A stretch of DNA of 64,000 nucleotides from contig NGBS01000874.1 in assembly GCA_002245135.1 (NCBI GenBank), positions 124,001-188,000 on the forward strand, written 5' to 3'. Origin of the DNA: Proteromonas lacertae. Taxonomy: Eukaryota. Every line of letters starts with the position of its first letter. The stretch's first letter is position 1. Positions 1-14,244 of this stretch are shown piece by piece. The notes under the pieces are model-generated. The model saw only the letters and a list, made by a program, of their open reading frames with translations. It searched no databases and was not told the DNA's origin. The translations under genes and the position numbers were made by a program.

Positions 1-239
1 ACTAATATTTATCCATTTGTATTTCTTAAAATCTGTTTGTGTTATTGGTGAATTATAGTGTAATTATTTCGTAATTTTCGCTCTCATGAGCGTATTGCAT
101 AATAAATTGGCTGTCGCTCATGTATTTAGATGCAACATCATTACTTATTCATAATATCATATTAATCTCAAAATTGAAAAGTTTGAAAACACAAATCATC
201 AAGCCAAAATTACATTTTTTCTATTCGAAGAAAACACAC

Positions 240-3200
240 ATGTTTTTAATATTCCTTTTATGTATGAAAAAATATATTATATTGTAGTATTATGCTTTTC
301 TCAAGTAAGCTGTTTAACATGTAATTATGGTGTAACGACAGTTCAAGTGGGATTTTCGCAACCGTTCTTTTTATTACCACCAAAGTGTGATGATGTTCCA
401 TCATATTTTACCATCTCAAGTAAATGCCCTGATGGAATTAGTTTTAACACTACGCATGGAGGATTTAATGGTGTGACTTCTGCTACAGGCAGTTATATCA
501 TTAATATAGAAGCACATTATAAAGATGTTTCTACGCCAATTATTTTGACTTTTAATGTTGGTACATTTGAAGATAATACAGGAGATATTACAGTGTTATG
601 GTCAGAAAGTGCAAGTTCAACAGAATTAGATCCAGAATACTTCAATAAATTATATGCTGGTGAAGTAACCTATTATACAAATAACATGAAGGAATTATAT
701 TACTATTGCTTTCCTGAAGATGCCTGTGCTGCTTCACTTGATTTGAGTGTATTAAATATGATAAATTATTGGTATTTCTCCTTCAAAGTCGAAGAAGAGG
801 AGGTATGGAATTTTATATTAGATATAGATGACAATTGTGAAGTATATTTTGATAGTTTTAATGATAATCCTTGGTCAGTCAAACAAAGTGATTATTCTAC
901 TAAATCTAAACAATTTGAAGCTGGTTATCATTGGATTGCAATAAAAGGAGTTAATTTTATTAAGCAAGGGCATATGTTCTTGAAGTATAAAACACCAAGA
1001 ATGTCTTCATATGAATATATTTCAACAATTGCTAAATCTACACCACCAGTGAATCAATATCTTAATTATAGAACTTCTGATTTAATATTAGTAAAGAATC
1101 AAATGCAGACTTTAACACCTGTTTATACTGGTTATATTACTTGGTCAACTGATAATCCATTACCTAATGGAATGACTATTAAAGCAAATGGACAAATTAA
1201 TGGTATTCCAACACAAGTTACTGAAAAGAAATTATATACAATAATTGGTAATACATTTGGTGTAAGGACTGAATATAAACTATACATTGAAGTAATTGAT
1301 AATGTTAAATCAAATATGATAAGTGGATTAGATGGTTTATATTATGCTTCAGCTGAAAGAGAATGTGATTCGAGGGATATAGATAGATTTGTTGATGATT
1401 TGAAATTCCGTAGAATTGATAAGGAAATTAATCATGTAAATGAAGAAACAAGTCAATGGAAAGGATTATCAGGTACTTTTGTATCATCCTATACTGTTGA
1501 TTGGACTGGTTTATTAGAAATACCAAAAAGTGGAACTTATATGTTTTATATCACATCAAATGGTGGAGTTAGATTAGAAATAGAAAATACAGTTGTTGTT
1601 CAATCATTAACATGTGTTAAAAACACAAACCAAGGTTCGATCAAATTAGAAAATGGTTTAGTGAATATTAAATTATACTATTGGAAACCAGCTAATGATG
1701 CTACTAAACAGTTAATATTAGAATGGAGTTCTTTTGATATGGGTAGAACTCAAATACCTGATTCTGCATTTGTTCATATACCAAGATATCCGATTAGTTA
1801 TGAATATGAGACATCTACATATATAAAAGGTCAAGAAATTCCTAAGAATTGTCCATTATTCAATAGAATTAATGAAAATGATTATACAAATTATAAGATC
1901 TATCCAAATCTGCCAAGTGGTTTGATATTTAATGAAACTGATCATTGTATTAGTGGAATTATTAATGATGAAAAAGCATCAGTAAAGAATGTGTTTTATT
2001 CAATTACAGCAGATCCAATAAATAGTGAATTACATCCATTACAAACTCGATTTACTCTATCATATGAAAGTTATATATCGCCAGTAAGTATTACTTATCG
2101 AGATATTCAATTCCAAATTAGGTGAAGAAGTGAATAGTATTCCATTTATTATAGGTAACGATTACTTTGTAGAAAGTCGAGAAGAATTACCAAAAGGTTT
2201 AAGAATGAATGCTTTAACAGGTAGAATATATGGCTATCCATCTGAACCAGTTGATAATAAAGTCATTCCAATAATAGTTAGAAATGCAGCTGGTGAAATT
2301 GAAGGAAGTGTAAGAATCACTGTTAAAGATTGTGATGCTAATAATTATTTCTTTAGATTGAAATATATAACTGGTTCTGGAAGTGGTTTAAGTGTTTTAG
2401 TAATGAATGGTGATTATTCAATGTATATGAAAGAAAATCATAATGCTGATACATACTATTCTTTCTATAAATGCTTACCATATTCAAAAGTAAAGATTCA
2501 ATTTGTTCAAGCTAGTGGTAGAAGTGGAACTTATAGTGTTTATCAAAAATCAAATTATTTATTAGCTTATGGTGAATATAAGATTGGTAGAACTGAAACA
2601 ATTGAAGTAGATTTATCTTCAGTCGAAGGAAAACCTGAAATTAGTTATAATCCAACTTCATATTCGTTAGTTACAGGTGAATCTGTTTCATTTTACCCAA
2701 TAATAACTAAATATGCTGTTACTGAATACGCTTTATTTGATGGTGATGAATTACCTGATGGTTTAAGAATGAATTCTACAAATGGCTTTATTTCTGGAGT
2801 TGTAGGTAGAGTTAAACAAGAAAGTGGTTCATTTAGAATTATAGCTAAAAACAATCAATTTTCATCTGATCCAGTAACAATCACATATACTCAATCATCA
2901 GATTGTCCATCATCTGAAATATTATTAAATGTTCAAGTATATGGAGGTAAAAGCGGTCCAAGTATGTATTTAATGATTTCTCGACCAAATGGTGATGTAA
3001 CAATATTATCTATGTCTGGTATAGGTTTATATAAGAATAATGTATTTGCTAAATGTCTTGCTGAAGGATATTATATTGCTCAATATGGTTCAATTGATGG
3101 TTCCGAATGGGATAGTTCATCATATATAATGTTGAATAACAGAGATACTTTAATTCAAAAAATTAGTTTTAGTGGAGGTAGTAGTATAGCTTCTTATAAT

Positions 3201-6200
3201 TTCTTATTATCTCAACCAATTCCAAGTAATGCTTTATGGTATTATTCATCCACATTTCAATCAGATTGGAAAGTATCTGATGTTATTAATTGGCAAAAAG
3301 CAGAAGGTGGAACATTTCCAAGACCAGCTGATAAAATCACCATGTATTATCGATATGATTATGAATTATTTAATGTAAATGGAATTGGAAGATTTGAAAT
3401 TAGTATTAGTAGTGAAAGTGGTTTTATACTCTATATCAATAATGTTGAAATTGCTAGAAATAGAATGCCAGCTAATGAAGTGAATGAAAATACCTATTCG
3501 AATGGAGATAAACAATTAAAAACAATCACAATTATTGGACTTCCTAATTCATTAAAGGATGGTAGAAATATATTTGCTATTGAAGTTCATAAAACTGAAA
3601 ATGATGAATATACTGAAGTAGATCCATTTACTGTTAGATTATCTGTATTTGGTGGTGATTCAAGTTGTAGTGCATTAGTCGGTAGTAGTAAAGATGTCAA
3701 TCCAACTTGGACTTTAGTATCTTCATCTTATACTGATGAGAATATGTATCAACAAGAAGGTGTAGCTCAAATATTTGATATGGATAAAACAACTAAGATG
3801 TGTGTTGGAAAGAAGAGTGATCCATTAGTTTTGATAGTTAAATTGAATGATAGATATGTTACTGTTAGTGGTTATATATTTGTAACAGGGAATGATGAAC
3901 CAGGAAGAGATCCATCAGAATGGCAATTATATGGTACAACTGATTATAAAGATAATAATGATGAAATTGTATGGGAATTGATTGACGAAAGAACCGATTA
4001 TAAACTTAATGATAAGAGATTATTTGCAGAAAAATTCATTATTAAAAATCCTACTAATCATTTCTATAATGGTTTTAAAATATCATTTAATGATATTAAA
4101 AAATCATCTGCAGGATTATATCAATTATCTGATTTCTATCCAGCAATTTGTGGTTCTGAAATGTGTATTGCTTCTGATCCTTATCCTCCAACTGCTATTA
4201 ATACAACTGCTGAAGTTAGTTGTGAAAATGGATCAACAAAGAAAAGAAGAAGATATTGTAAACCTGATGCTACTTGGGGTGATGAAGATATCAGTGAATG
4301 TGATAATATAAGTGGAGAATTGAAATATCCTGAAGTTTATTCATTAAAGTTATACGAATTAATAACTCCAATAAAACCAGAAATGAAAGGAATAGTAATC
4401 AATATAAGAAATAGTGAAGAAACTCCATTACCATCTTCTTTGATTATTAATAGGGATAATGGTGAGATTACTGGTATTGCTCGAGTTATTGTATCTCCTG
4501 GAAAGAATTATACAATAATCGGTGATAGTCCACAAGGAGAAGTGAAAGTAAACGTATTTATAGAAATAAAAGCAGATGATTGTGGAAATTCAGGAATATA
4601 TCCAAATGAATTTCAAACTGAAAGATGTGAATGTAGATTACAGTGGTTATAGAACAAGAGAATGTTTACCAACATCACCACCAACATGGGATAAATGGGA
4701 TGAAAGTATGTGTAGTAAAGGTAGATCTCCAAGATGTGAATTGAATATAACTGATTATTCATTCACTTATAAAGAAAAAATCTCTCCAATAACACCAGTT
4801 TGTGAATATCCATTTGATGACATAATAATCAGTCGAAATCTACCTACTGGTTTATCATATGATAAAAATGGAACAATAAGTGGAACTCCATTAACACCAA
4901 TGAGAAAATCTCAATTTGATATGATTATTTATAATTCAGCTGATAAAGGTTATGATATGCTGACATTTTATATAAGTGTTTATGGCAGAATTAATGAATG
5001 CACACTTCCTTATATTGGAGTTATTAGATTAGGTAAAGATATTCCTGTAACATTGGAAGAGATAAAATGTAATCAATTAGTTGAAGATAGTAAAGTGGAA
5101 AATATGCCACCTGGATTATATGTTAATTCAGATGGTATAATATATGGAATACCAACTACATTAGGTAATTATACATCCACAATTACTGTTAGTAATAGAA
5201 TTAACTCATATACAATCACTTTAAATTTTTGGATTGATGATGTTGCTATGAAAGGGACTGTATTTGTAAAATCACCTACACAAAGAATGTATTCTCCTTA
5301 TTGGTCCTAGTTTTAAAAAAGAATTAGATGCTGGAAAATATGATATTGAGAGTGGAATGCTAACAACAGATTTTGCAGAATTAGATCAAGTTCCGCCTGT
5401 TAATATTACTGGTATTGTAAGAACTGAATATTTTTTATATGAATACAGTGGTGTATTACATGCAGAAAAAGGAGGCTGAATATGAATTCTATGTGACTGC
5501 AGATCCAGAATGTGTATTATTTATTGATGATATGTCCGAAACATTTCTTAATCCATATTATGGAAGAGAAGCTACTGGAAGAATAACTTTTGAAGAAAAT
5601 AGTTATCATGATGTTTCATTCATGTTTATTGGATCTAGAGCTAATAATATAGTTAAATATAAATTACATTGGACAGTTCCAGGTAGTGATACAAGAGTCC
5701 CAATACCAATTGATGTTTTCCAACTTAATGTAGAGACAGTAACTAGTTTTTATTATCCTTCCAATGATTATATATTTACTGTTGGAGATGATATTGGCGT
5801 TATTAAACCAGTAATTGTAGGTGATTATGAAAGAATAGTTAGCCCATATAACTTACCAGCTGGTATTTCATTCACTCAAGGTATTTTAACAGGAATTCCA
5901 ACAACAGATACTCCAAGAACTGCCTTTAAGATAAGATGTGAAAGTAAGACAACAACAATAGAATTTACGATTTATATAACTGTTATTACTATTTCAAAAG
6001 AAACATCTGTTCAAGGTTTAATTGGTAAATATTACACATCTGATAATACAATTGGTTGTACATTTGAAGATCCTGATGATAAGATGGGTTATCATTTGAA
6101 TTATCAAAGAATAGTTGAAACATATTATCATTCTCCATCTAATTTGATTTGGGAAGGTTTAACTGGTGCATTTTCAAGTCAATTTATTGCTAAATGGGAA

Positions 6201-9200
6201 GGTTATTTATACATTCCTGAAAGTGGTAAATACACTTTCTATGTAAGTGGTCAAGATGGAGTTAGTTTTATTATAAGTGGGAAAAGTATTTCTACATCAA
6301 AATGTGGTTTGAATACAGTTTCTGATACATTAAATATAAATGAAGGTTTAGAACATATTTTGATATATTATTGGAAAACTACAAATAGTGATATCACTTC
6401 AGTTAGTATTAAATGGATGAAAACAAAAGGAAATATAAGAATTCCATTACAAGAAATACCAAAAGAGAATTTATATTACAAAACTGATTCATCAATGTCA
6501 TATAAATACATTAAAGCTGCTTATATTTCTACACTTGAAATAGCTCAAAATGAACCTGTATTTTACTTAATTGATAAAGAGAATTATAAATCATTTTCAT
6601 GTGGATCAGCATTACCAACAGGCTTATTTTTAGACGAAACAAGTGGTGTTATAAGTGGAACTCCAACTCAACCAATAAGCTTAGCATCTTATACAATTAA
6701 AGCTAAAGGAAATGATGGAAGTGAATTATCTTGCACTATAGAAATTGCAGTTGATGAATATGCTCCACCAAGAAATTTACATTATGACACTATAAATGGT
6801 AATATGAATGAAGAAATAAAAGTTGAACCTACAATAGAAAATGGTGAAAATCTAAGATTTTACACAAGTGATCAATTACCTAAAGGTTTGAAATTAGATT
6901 TGAAAAGTGGTATAATAAGTGGAATTCCATTAATTCCTTATTCTCATACAATAACAGTTTATTGTACAAATCCATCTGGAACAACTTCCACTGAAGTAAA
7001 GATAGAAATAGGCTCATGTGAAGAGAGTAAAGTTAGTATATTATTAGAATATACAGTTGGAAATAATGAAGTTTCAATAAAATTGACGGATGTAGATAAT
7101 AATGTATTATTGAATGAGGAAAGTGGAACAATGGAAGAATTTAAACTTAAGACATTTTTACAGTGTGTGACAAAAGGTCCAACTAAATTATTAATTGATA
7201 ATAAAGCTAAAATTGGATTGAATTATACATTGTATGTAAATGGTGAAATTGTGAAGATATACAACTTCAGAAATAACAAGGATTTAGTAAAAGAATTTGA
7301 ATTTGATACTACAATTACTAAGCCAAAAATAATAAATTATGAAAGTTCTTATGATAATCATTACAGTGGAATTGATTATTCATTTTATCCAGAATTAGAA
7401 GGTGGTAGTTCAAATTTCAAGTCAGTTGGTGATATGCCTTCTGGATTTACATTAGATACAAATACTGGAATAATAACTGGAAAGTTCAGTTCATCAAGTG
7501 ATTCTGTAAAGTTTTCGGTATCAAGTTCAACTATAAACAATGGTCAAAGTAGTTCTGCTTATTCTTTTACAATCGAAAGACAAGAATGTTTATTATCAAT
7601 GATCGGTATTACAGTTAGTGTAAATGGTAAAGGAGATAATGTAATAATTGAAGCTTTGAAGGATGGAACTGAAGTATTATTATCATATAAGCGTTTACCT
7701 GATAATTATTATAAGGCGCTTACATATTGTGATTCTATGGAATCTTTAACAATTAGATTTGGAAGTACTGATTCAAAACCTTGGGATGATAATTCAAAGG
7801 TAGAAATATATTACACTGGACAGTTGGTTAAATCATTAAGACATACTAAAAATATAGAATTAGATGAATATACAGTAATATTATCAACATTTATTGATGG
7901 TAGAACAAAATGGCAATTAACAAGTAATCAACCAGTAAGTGGTTGGAATAATGAATATATTTATCCAACTCCAAAAGGATGGACTGAATCTATAGCATCA
8001 GAATTTCCATTAAGAACAAAAATAACAACTTATTATCGAGCTAGTTTTAACTTTAATTCATCAGTGGAAAATATCACTTCTTTACAAATGGTTGTATCAT
8101 TTGATGCTGGTATTATTTGTTTTTTAAATGGAATTGAGTTTTATCGTAGAAATTTACCAATGAGTGATGTATATAATGATTATCCAGCAACAAAGATATT
8201 TTATACACCTCGTACAATGACAATAGCCATTGCTCCTCATCTAATAGTTCATGGTGATAATATATTAGCATTTGAAGTTCATAAACATGATGAAAGTGAT
8301 GAATTTGATCCATTAACTGTATTATTAACTCCTCTCTTAAATGGTGAAGATAACTGTGTAGTTAAAACGTTGTCGTCTAAAGTTGATCCAACAATGAGAG
8401 TTGTAAGTAGTGCAGGTGTTGATAATGATAGTAAAAATGGAATAGGTAATATTCACGATTATGACAATAAAACAGAATTTGTAACAAAACAATTAGATCC
8501 AAATTTCAAAGAATATTTAGATTTCTATTGGCCAAGTGGAATTGCTGAATATTTCAATGAATTTTTATTTGTGACAAATGAATGGACTGCTAGAACTCCC
8601 TCAATATTCTCAATATATGGAACTTATGATAGTGACACTCCTGAATGGATAAATATTGGTGAATATGATGATAGTGCTTTATCTTATGAAAAGTTTACAT
8701 ATAATTTCCTCAAAACACTAAAGAATGATAAATCATTTGAAGGTTATAGAATGGAAGTAACTAAGATCAAAGGTACTAATTATGATTGGTCATATGCAAT
8801 AGCAACAAGTGAATTTTTAAGTTTACAGTGCAAACCAGTCTATTGTTTAGAGAAATATGAAAAAGGAGATATGTGGCAAACAACAATCAGTGGAAATAAG
8901 ATATATGTATCTTGTGATAGAGGTGAATATGGTTTTAAAGAAAGAGAATGTGGCGAAGTAGATGGTGTTGGTGTATTTGGTGAAATAAATGATATATGTA
9001 AAGAAGCTGCTACAAAGATTGAATATCCTGAATTAGTATTCTTTTTAAATCGCTATAATAGTTACAGTGTAATTGCAAATGGTGGAGTTGATCGTTATTC
9101 AATCGATTGTATTTTACCTCATGGAATAATGTTTGATGCAAAGTATGGAAGAATATATGGTAAATCTGATAGTGAATTTGATGTAAAAGAGACAAAATGT

Positions 9201-12107
9201 ACAGTATATGGTGTAGTTGGTGATAATTATTTAACTGCCAATGTGACTGTAGATGTTCGAAAAGCTTATTGTGTAGATGAGAATGGTGTTTGGCCAAAGA
9301 CTGAAATTGATAAATATGCATCTATCAGTTGTGAATTTGGTTATAATGGAATAAGAACAATATATTGTAATGGAACTGATCCATTTAATCCAACATGGGG
9401 AGACGTTGATGCAAGTGACTGTGCATTAAATCCACCAACTATTTCTTATCCATTTGACATTATTACATATCATGTAGAAGATGATGTGTATTTAATTCCC
9501 AAAATCACTGGAATTAAATATCAAGTTAGAGCTGATTTTTTACCAAATGATTTATTTATTGATAAAGATAGTGGAATAATAAGTGGAGTAATTAAAGAAG
9601 TAACAGATGAAAGTGGTTTAGAAATAATAATTACTATTGAAAATGCTGCTGGTGATAATACTTTTGCATTTATATTAATAGTAATTGAAGATAGAGCAAG
9701 TATAGTTTATGATTTCCATCATTGGACATTTTATGTTGATATTTATAATGAAACTACAGCTGCTGAATTAAAAGATACTTCCATAACATTAGAATCGGTC
9801 TCTCCTGAATTACCTAAAGATTTGAAATTAGATTCAAGTAATGGAAAGATATCTGGAACAGTATTAGCTGGAAGTGATGAAAGTAGTAAAATGTATGTAG
9901 TGAAAGGTAAAAATGGTGGAGAAAAAGAGGTATTTAGTAGTCCATTAATAATAGAAGTAATTCAACCAAAATGTAAAGCAGATGGAGATTATAAAGAAAC
10001 AAATGCTGGTGTTGAAGTAGTAAGTGAATGCCCACCAAATTATGAAGGAAATATCACTCGTTTATGTCCAAAATCAGTTAATCCTGAATGGGGTGATATA
10101 GTTAATAATTGTGTTAAAAGAAAATTCTATTGTCAAGATGAAAGTGGTGTTTGGCCAAAGACTGAAGGTGGTAAAAATGCTACAATTGAATGTGAGAAAG
10201 GTTATATAGGAAGTAGAACTAGATTGTGTATATTAACAGGTAATGATCAAGTTTATTTTGGTGAAATAGACAAGAGTCAGTGTATTAAAATAAATCCAAA
10301 AATTGAATATTTATCTGTTGATATGGTAATTGCATTAGGAGAAGAAAGTCCAATTAATAAACCAGAATTAGTTGATATGAACAATGAAATTGATTTAGAA
10401 ATATCTCCTCAATTACCAAATGGAATGAATTTCAATAAGAAAGATGGAACAATTTCTGGAACTCCAACTGGATCTCAAAGTAAAGAAACATATATTATAG
10501 CTGGATTTGGTTTAGATGGTGAAGTATATTCATTTACAGTTTATATAACAGTGACTTCTGATTTTGCAACATACATAACATATGATTATCCTGATATGAT
10601 ATTCTATATAGACGTAGAAGATAATTCATATGATGCTCCACAGAAAGATGGTGTTATAAAGAAGTTTTATATTGTTCCAGCTTTATTAGATGGTTTGAAT
10701 ATAGGAAATGATGGTAAAATATATGGAAAAGTGTTGAAAGGAACTGAAATAACCACTACAAGTTATACAGTATATGGTGAAGTGGAAAGATCAAATTTAA
10801 CAGCAATTATAACAATAAGAATAGTTCAAAGTCAATGTAAGAGTGAAACTTATAGAGAAATTATCTGGCCAACAACAAATGGTAATGAAAACGCAACTGG
10901 TGTTTGTCCACATGGATCTATAGGAAGTCCAATTAGATTCTGTCCTGCTAGTAAAACAGGAAGTTGGTCAAATACAATAATTGGTGAATGTAAATCACAA
11001 TATCCATCATTTGAATATCCTCAAAATGTTTATTCATTTGTTATTTATGCACCTATCCCAACTGTTGAACCAGTTAACATAGAGAATAATCCATCTTCAT
11101 TTGTATTAAGTTGTGATATTAATATATTAAATTATGGTTTTAAGTTTGATACAACTAATGGAGTGTTTTCAGGAAATCCACAATTTATGTTTACTGCTAA
11201 ATGTCAAGTATATGCAATCAATGAGTATGGTAATTCAAATAAAGTAGATTTATTAATAAGTGTAACTGATGCTCAATGTAAGTCTGAATCTGGTTGGCCA
11301 ACTACTGATATTAATAAATATGCTTCAAAGACTTGTACTGATACTGTACATGGTGTAATGTTTAGAAAATGTTTAAAAGCAGATACTGGTGAAGCTGTTT
11401 GGTCAAATGATATTGATAAGAATCAATGTACAAATGGTAAAGTAAATCCTGAGACTGACTTTGAACAATATGTAGTAATGCATTTAGAAATAGGTGGAAT
11501 ATCAAGTTCAATAACAAGTGATATTCAATTATCAATTCAACAATCAATTGCTAATACATTAAATATTGAAATTAGTCAGATTTATATTAGAATAGCTACT
11601 AGAAGAAGAAGAATGAGATTATTACAATCTAATTCTCAAATTAATATTTACATAAAGACAGACAATCCTGGTAGAATTGCTTCAGTATTAGAAAATGAAT
11701 CAGTCAAGAATCAAATAATAAGTGATCTTAAAAAAGCACCAATATTCTCAAACACTGCAATAAAGATTGATGTAAAGGCAGTTGATAATAGAGAAAAACC
11801 AAAATCCAATACTGGTGCAATAGTTGGTGGTGTAATTGGAGGATTAGTTGCATTAGTTTTAATTGTTGTATTATCATTTGTATGTTGTAGAAGCATGAAG
11901 AGAGAAAGAACTAAATCAAGAGCTAAGTCTATGTATAAGACATTTGAAGATGTTGGAAAGAATACTCATCTTAATGCTAAACAATTAGGACATCAGAAAA
12001 GAGAAGGTGTAAGAGTTGAATTAGAGAAGAAGGAGGGAGTTAGAGTTGGAGTTAATGATGGTGATGACGAAGAAAGTTCATTTGTTTCAAAGAATACTCT
12101 TGCATAA
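240..12107 (+). CDS. Giant type I cell-surface adhesin/lectin-like protein (~3,945 aa): signal peptide, many putative-Ig (He_PIG/cadherin-like) repeats, PA14 domains, galactose-binding-like and F5/8C-like domains, Cys-rich HormR-like repeats, single TM, short tail
   Basis: ATG at 240 plus a 26-nt GT-AG intron (262-287) gives signal peptide MFLIFLLLLCFSQVSC. ORFs 260-2125, 2130-4652, 4576-5310 and 5439-12107 join through four +1 frameshifts (~2116, ~4630, ~5306, ~5468). Recurrent LPxGLxxxxxxGxISGxP and CxxxxxWPxT...C...R.C...W motifs, PA14-like WxGxLxIPxSGxYxF, TM IVGGVIGGLVALVLIVVLSFVCC. Confidence 0.85.
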
Positions 12108-12229
12108 TTAGCAATTAGATTTATTATTATTATTTTATTTTCTTATATATTCATTTGTGTATTATTTTACAACAAATAATTCTAAAAATAGACTATTACA
12201 TCATTTATTTTATAAATTAGGATAATGTA

Positions 12230-14168
12230 CTACATACCCGGCTGAGAAACTGCTCTACCAAATATAGTATAAATACTAGCAGCAACAAGCATAATAATTA
12301 TTGTCAAAAGAAAAACTTGTCTCCAAGATTCAACAGTTGGATTTGATCCAATAATCATTGCTGTAACAACAGGAGAAATAATTCCTGGCAATGTTGCAAC
12401 AGTATTGGATATTCCCATAACAATACCAGCATAATGTGGACTTAAATCCATCATATTTGCATTTTCTGCAGAAGCACATAAACCAGCAAAACCTGTTGCA
12501 AAACTCATAAATATGACCATTGATGTAAGTGATCTAGCATAAACAGCTGCCATTAATAAGATTGATGATGTTATATTACCTATAATAACAAACGATTTTC
12601 TTACTGTAACTAATCTAAATTTACCTGATTTAATCGCATAATCTCCAACATAACTTAATACAATTTGGAAGATAGCTAAAGTTAAATAAGGAAAAAGGGA
12701 TAATAAAGATGTCTTATACAATGAAAGAGAATATATTGATTTGATGAAAGTAGGTAAATAGGTTAATAATGTGTAAAATACCCAATCATATGAAAAATGT
12801 AATTGAAATCTATAAAAAATAACAATTATATAACAATATATATACATAGCTAATACACCTCCATTAGTAATAATCTTCTTCCATGGAATATTCAACTTTG
12901 TATCATGCTTATGTGTAGCTAATACTTCAGGCGGCAAAACATTATCTCCACCAACACTCATTCTTGATACTCGAACATGTCTTGTATTATCAAATTTAAT
13001 TTCTTTTGGTGATATTGGCGAAGATGGTGATTGTGGTGTTGAAATAATATCAGAATCAGTGGTTGGTAATGGTGATAATGATAATGATGAAACATCACTT
13101 ATTTCATCTGAATTATCCACTTCTGGATGTGGAGTATCATTTGGTATTGAAAGATAATGTTTTCCACCAGTTTGCTTGGATGATTTTATTCTACCTAATG
13201 GTTTAGTATCATTCTTATTGATATTGTTGTTCTTTAAATTATTATGATGAAAATCTGATTTTGCTACTATTGCGTTGTTATATTCGTTAATTGATTTGAT
13301 TATATAATCTCTTTCTTCGCTTGACATATTATAATCTTCTTCTGGTGTAGAAAATACATAACTATATATTAATACGTATATATCAATAGTTATTATTATT
13401 ATTATACAAGTAATACCAAATATACCATAATGTTGTTATAAATGCTATTATATAATACACACCTCTCCATCCTAATTCTGTATCACAGATATATCCTACA
13501 ATTGGCTGACCTAATGACATTCCCATAGAACATCCAGCATAGGCAATACTATATAGATATATGACATGTATATATAGGTTAGATATACGATGTTAATTTT
13601 GTTCTTTCTGTAGGAGGTGCCCATTTTGAGATTAAATGTGAACATGATGGACATACACATGCATTTATTACACCTGCAACAGCATTTAAAGCAATCCTAT
13701 AGATTTATAAAATTTAATATTAGTAATTAATACATAATGGGTGCAACTCTAGCAGCAAATGGAACTCCAATACATACTAATGATGCTAATAAAATACCAA
13801 GGCCGAAAGGGTATATGAAAATGTTAAAATTACTATATCTAGAATAGTTTTTAAAATGATATTTTGCTCCATATTCTATTGAAATAATTCCTCCAAGTAC
13901 TTGAGGAAATATATAACCCCAAAAATATGAAGATAACACATAACCTTTTGTAGTCTCTAATAGAGAGAATAATAATGTGCTAAATGTATACCAGCCCATT
14001 TAAATTCTTCAGCCATCTTAATAGATGTTACAGAAAATGACACACGAAGTAGGAACATCTAAATCGATTGATAGAAGAGCAAAAATACAACAAAGTTGCC
14101 ACAAAATGCACAAAATGCAACGCCTAACCTTTTATTCTTCCTAAAATTACATAGATGAGAAAATACAT
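12230..14168 (-). CDS. MFS anion:cation symporter (SLC17/sialin-like), multi-exon
   Basis: Motifs KGYVLSSYFWGYIFPQVLGG, WAPPTER, IPWKKIIT and DLSPHYAGIVMGISNTVATLPGIISP are typical of the SLC17/ACS family. Several 26-36 nt introns. Start codon apparently split by intron 14141-14166. Confidence 0.88.
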
Positions 14169-14244
14169 GAAGAATTATTGAGATTCAAATCTATTTTGCA
14201 AATACACAAAAATACAAACACCATTTTTAATTTAAATAATAATG

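Noticed and set aside
14191..14224. Upstream ATG and extra first exon for the MFS gene
   Set aside because: Canonical splicing from ATG GTG TTT runs into TGA. The TG-rich stretch is better explained as the 3' element of the upstream coiled-coil gene.
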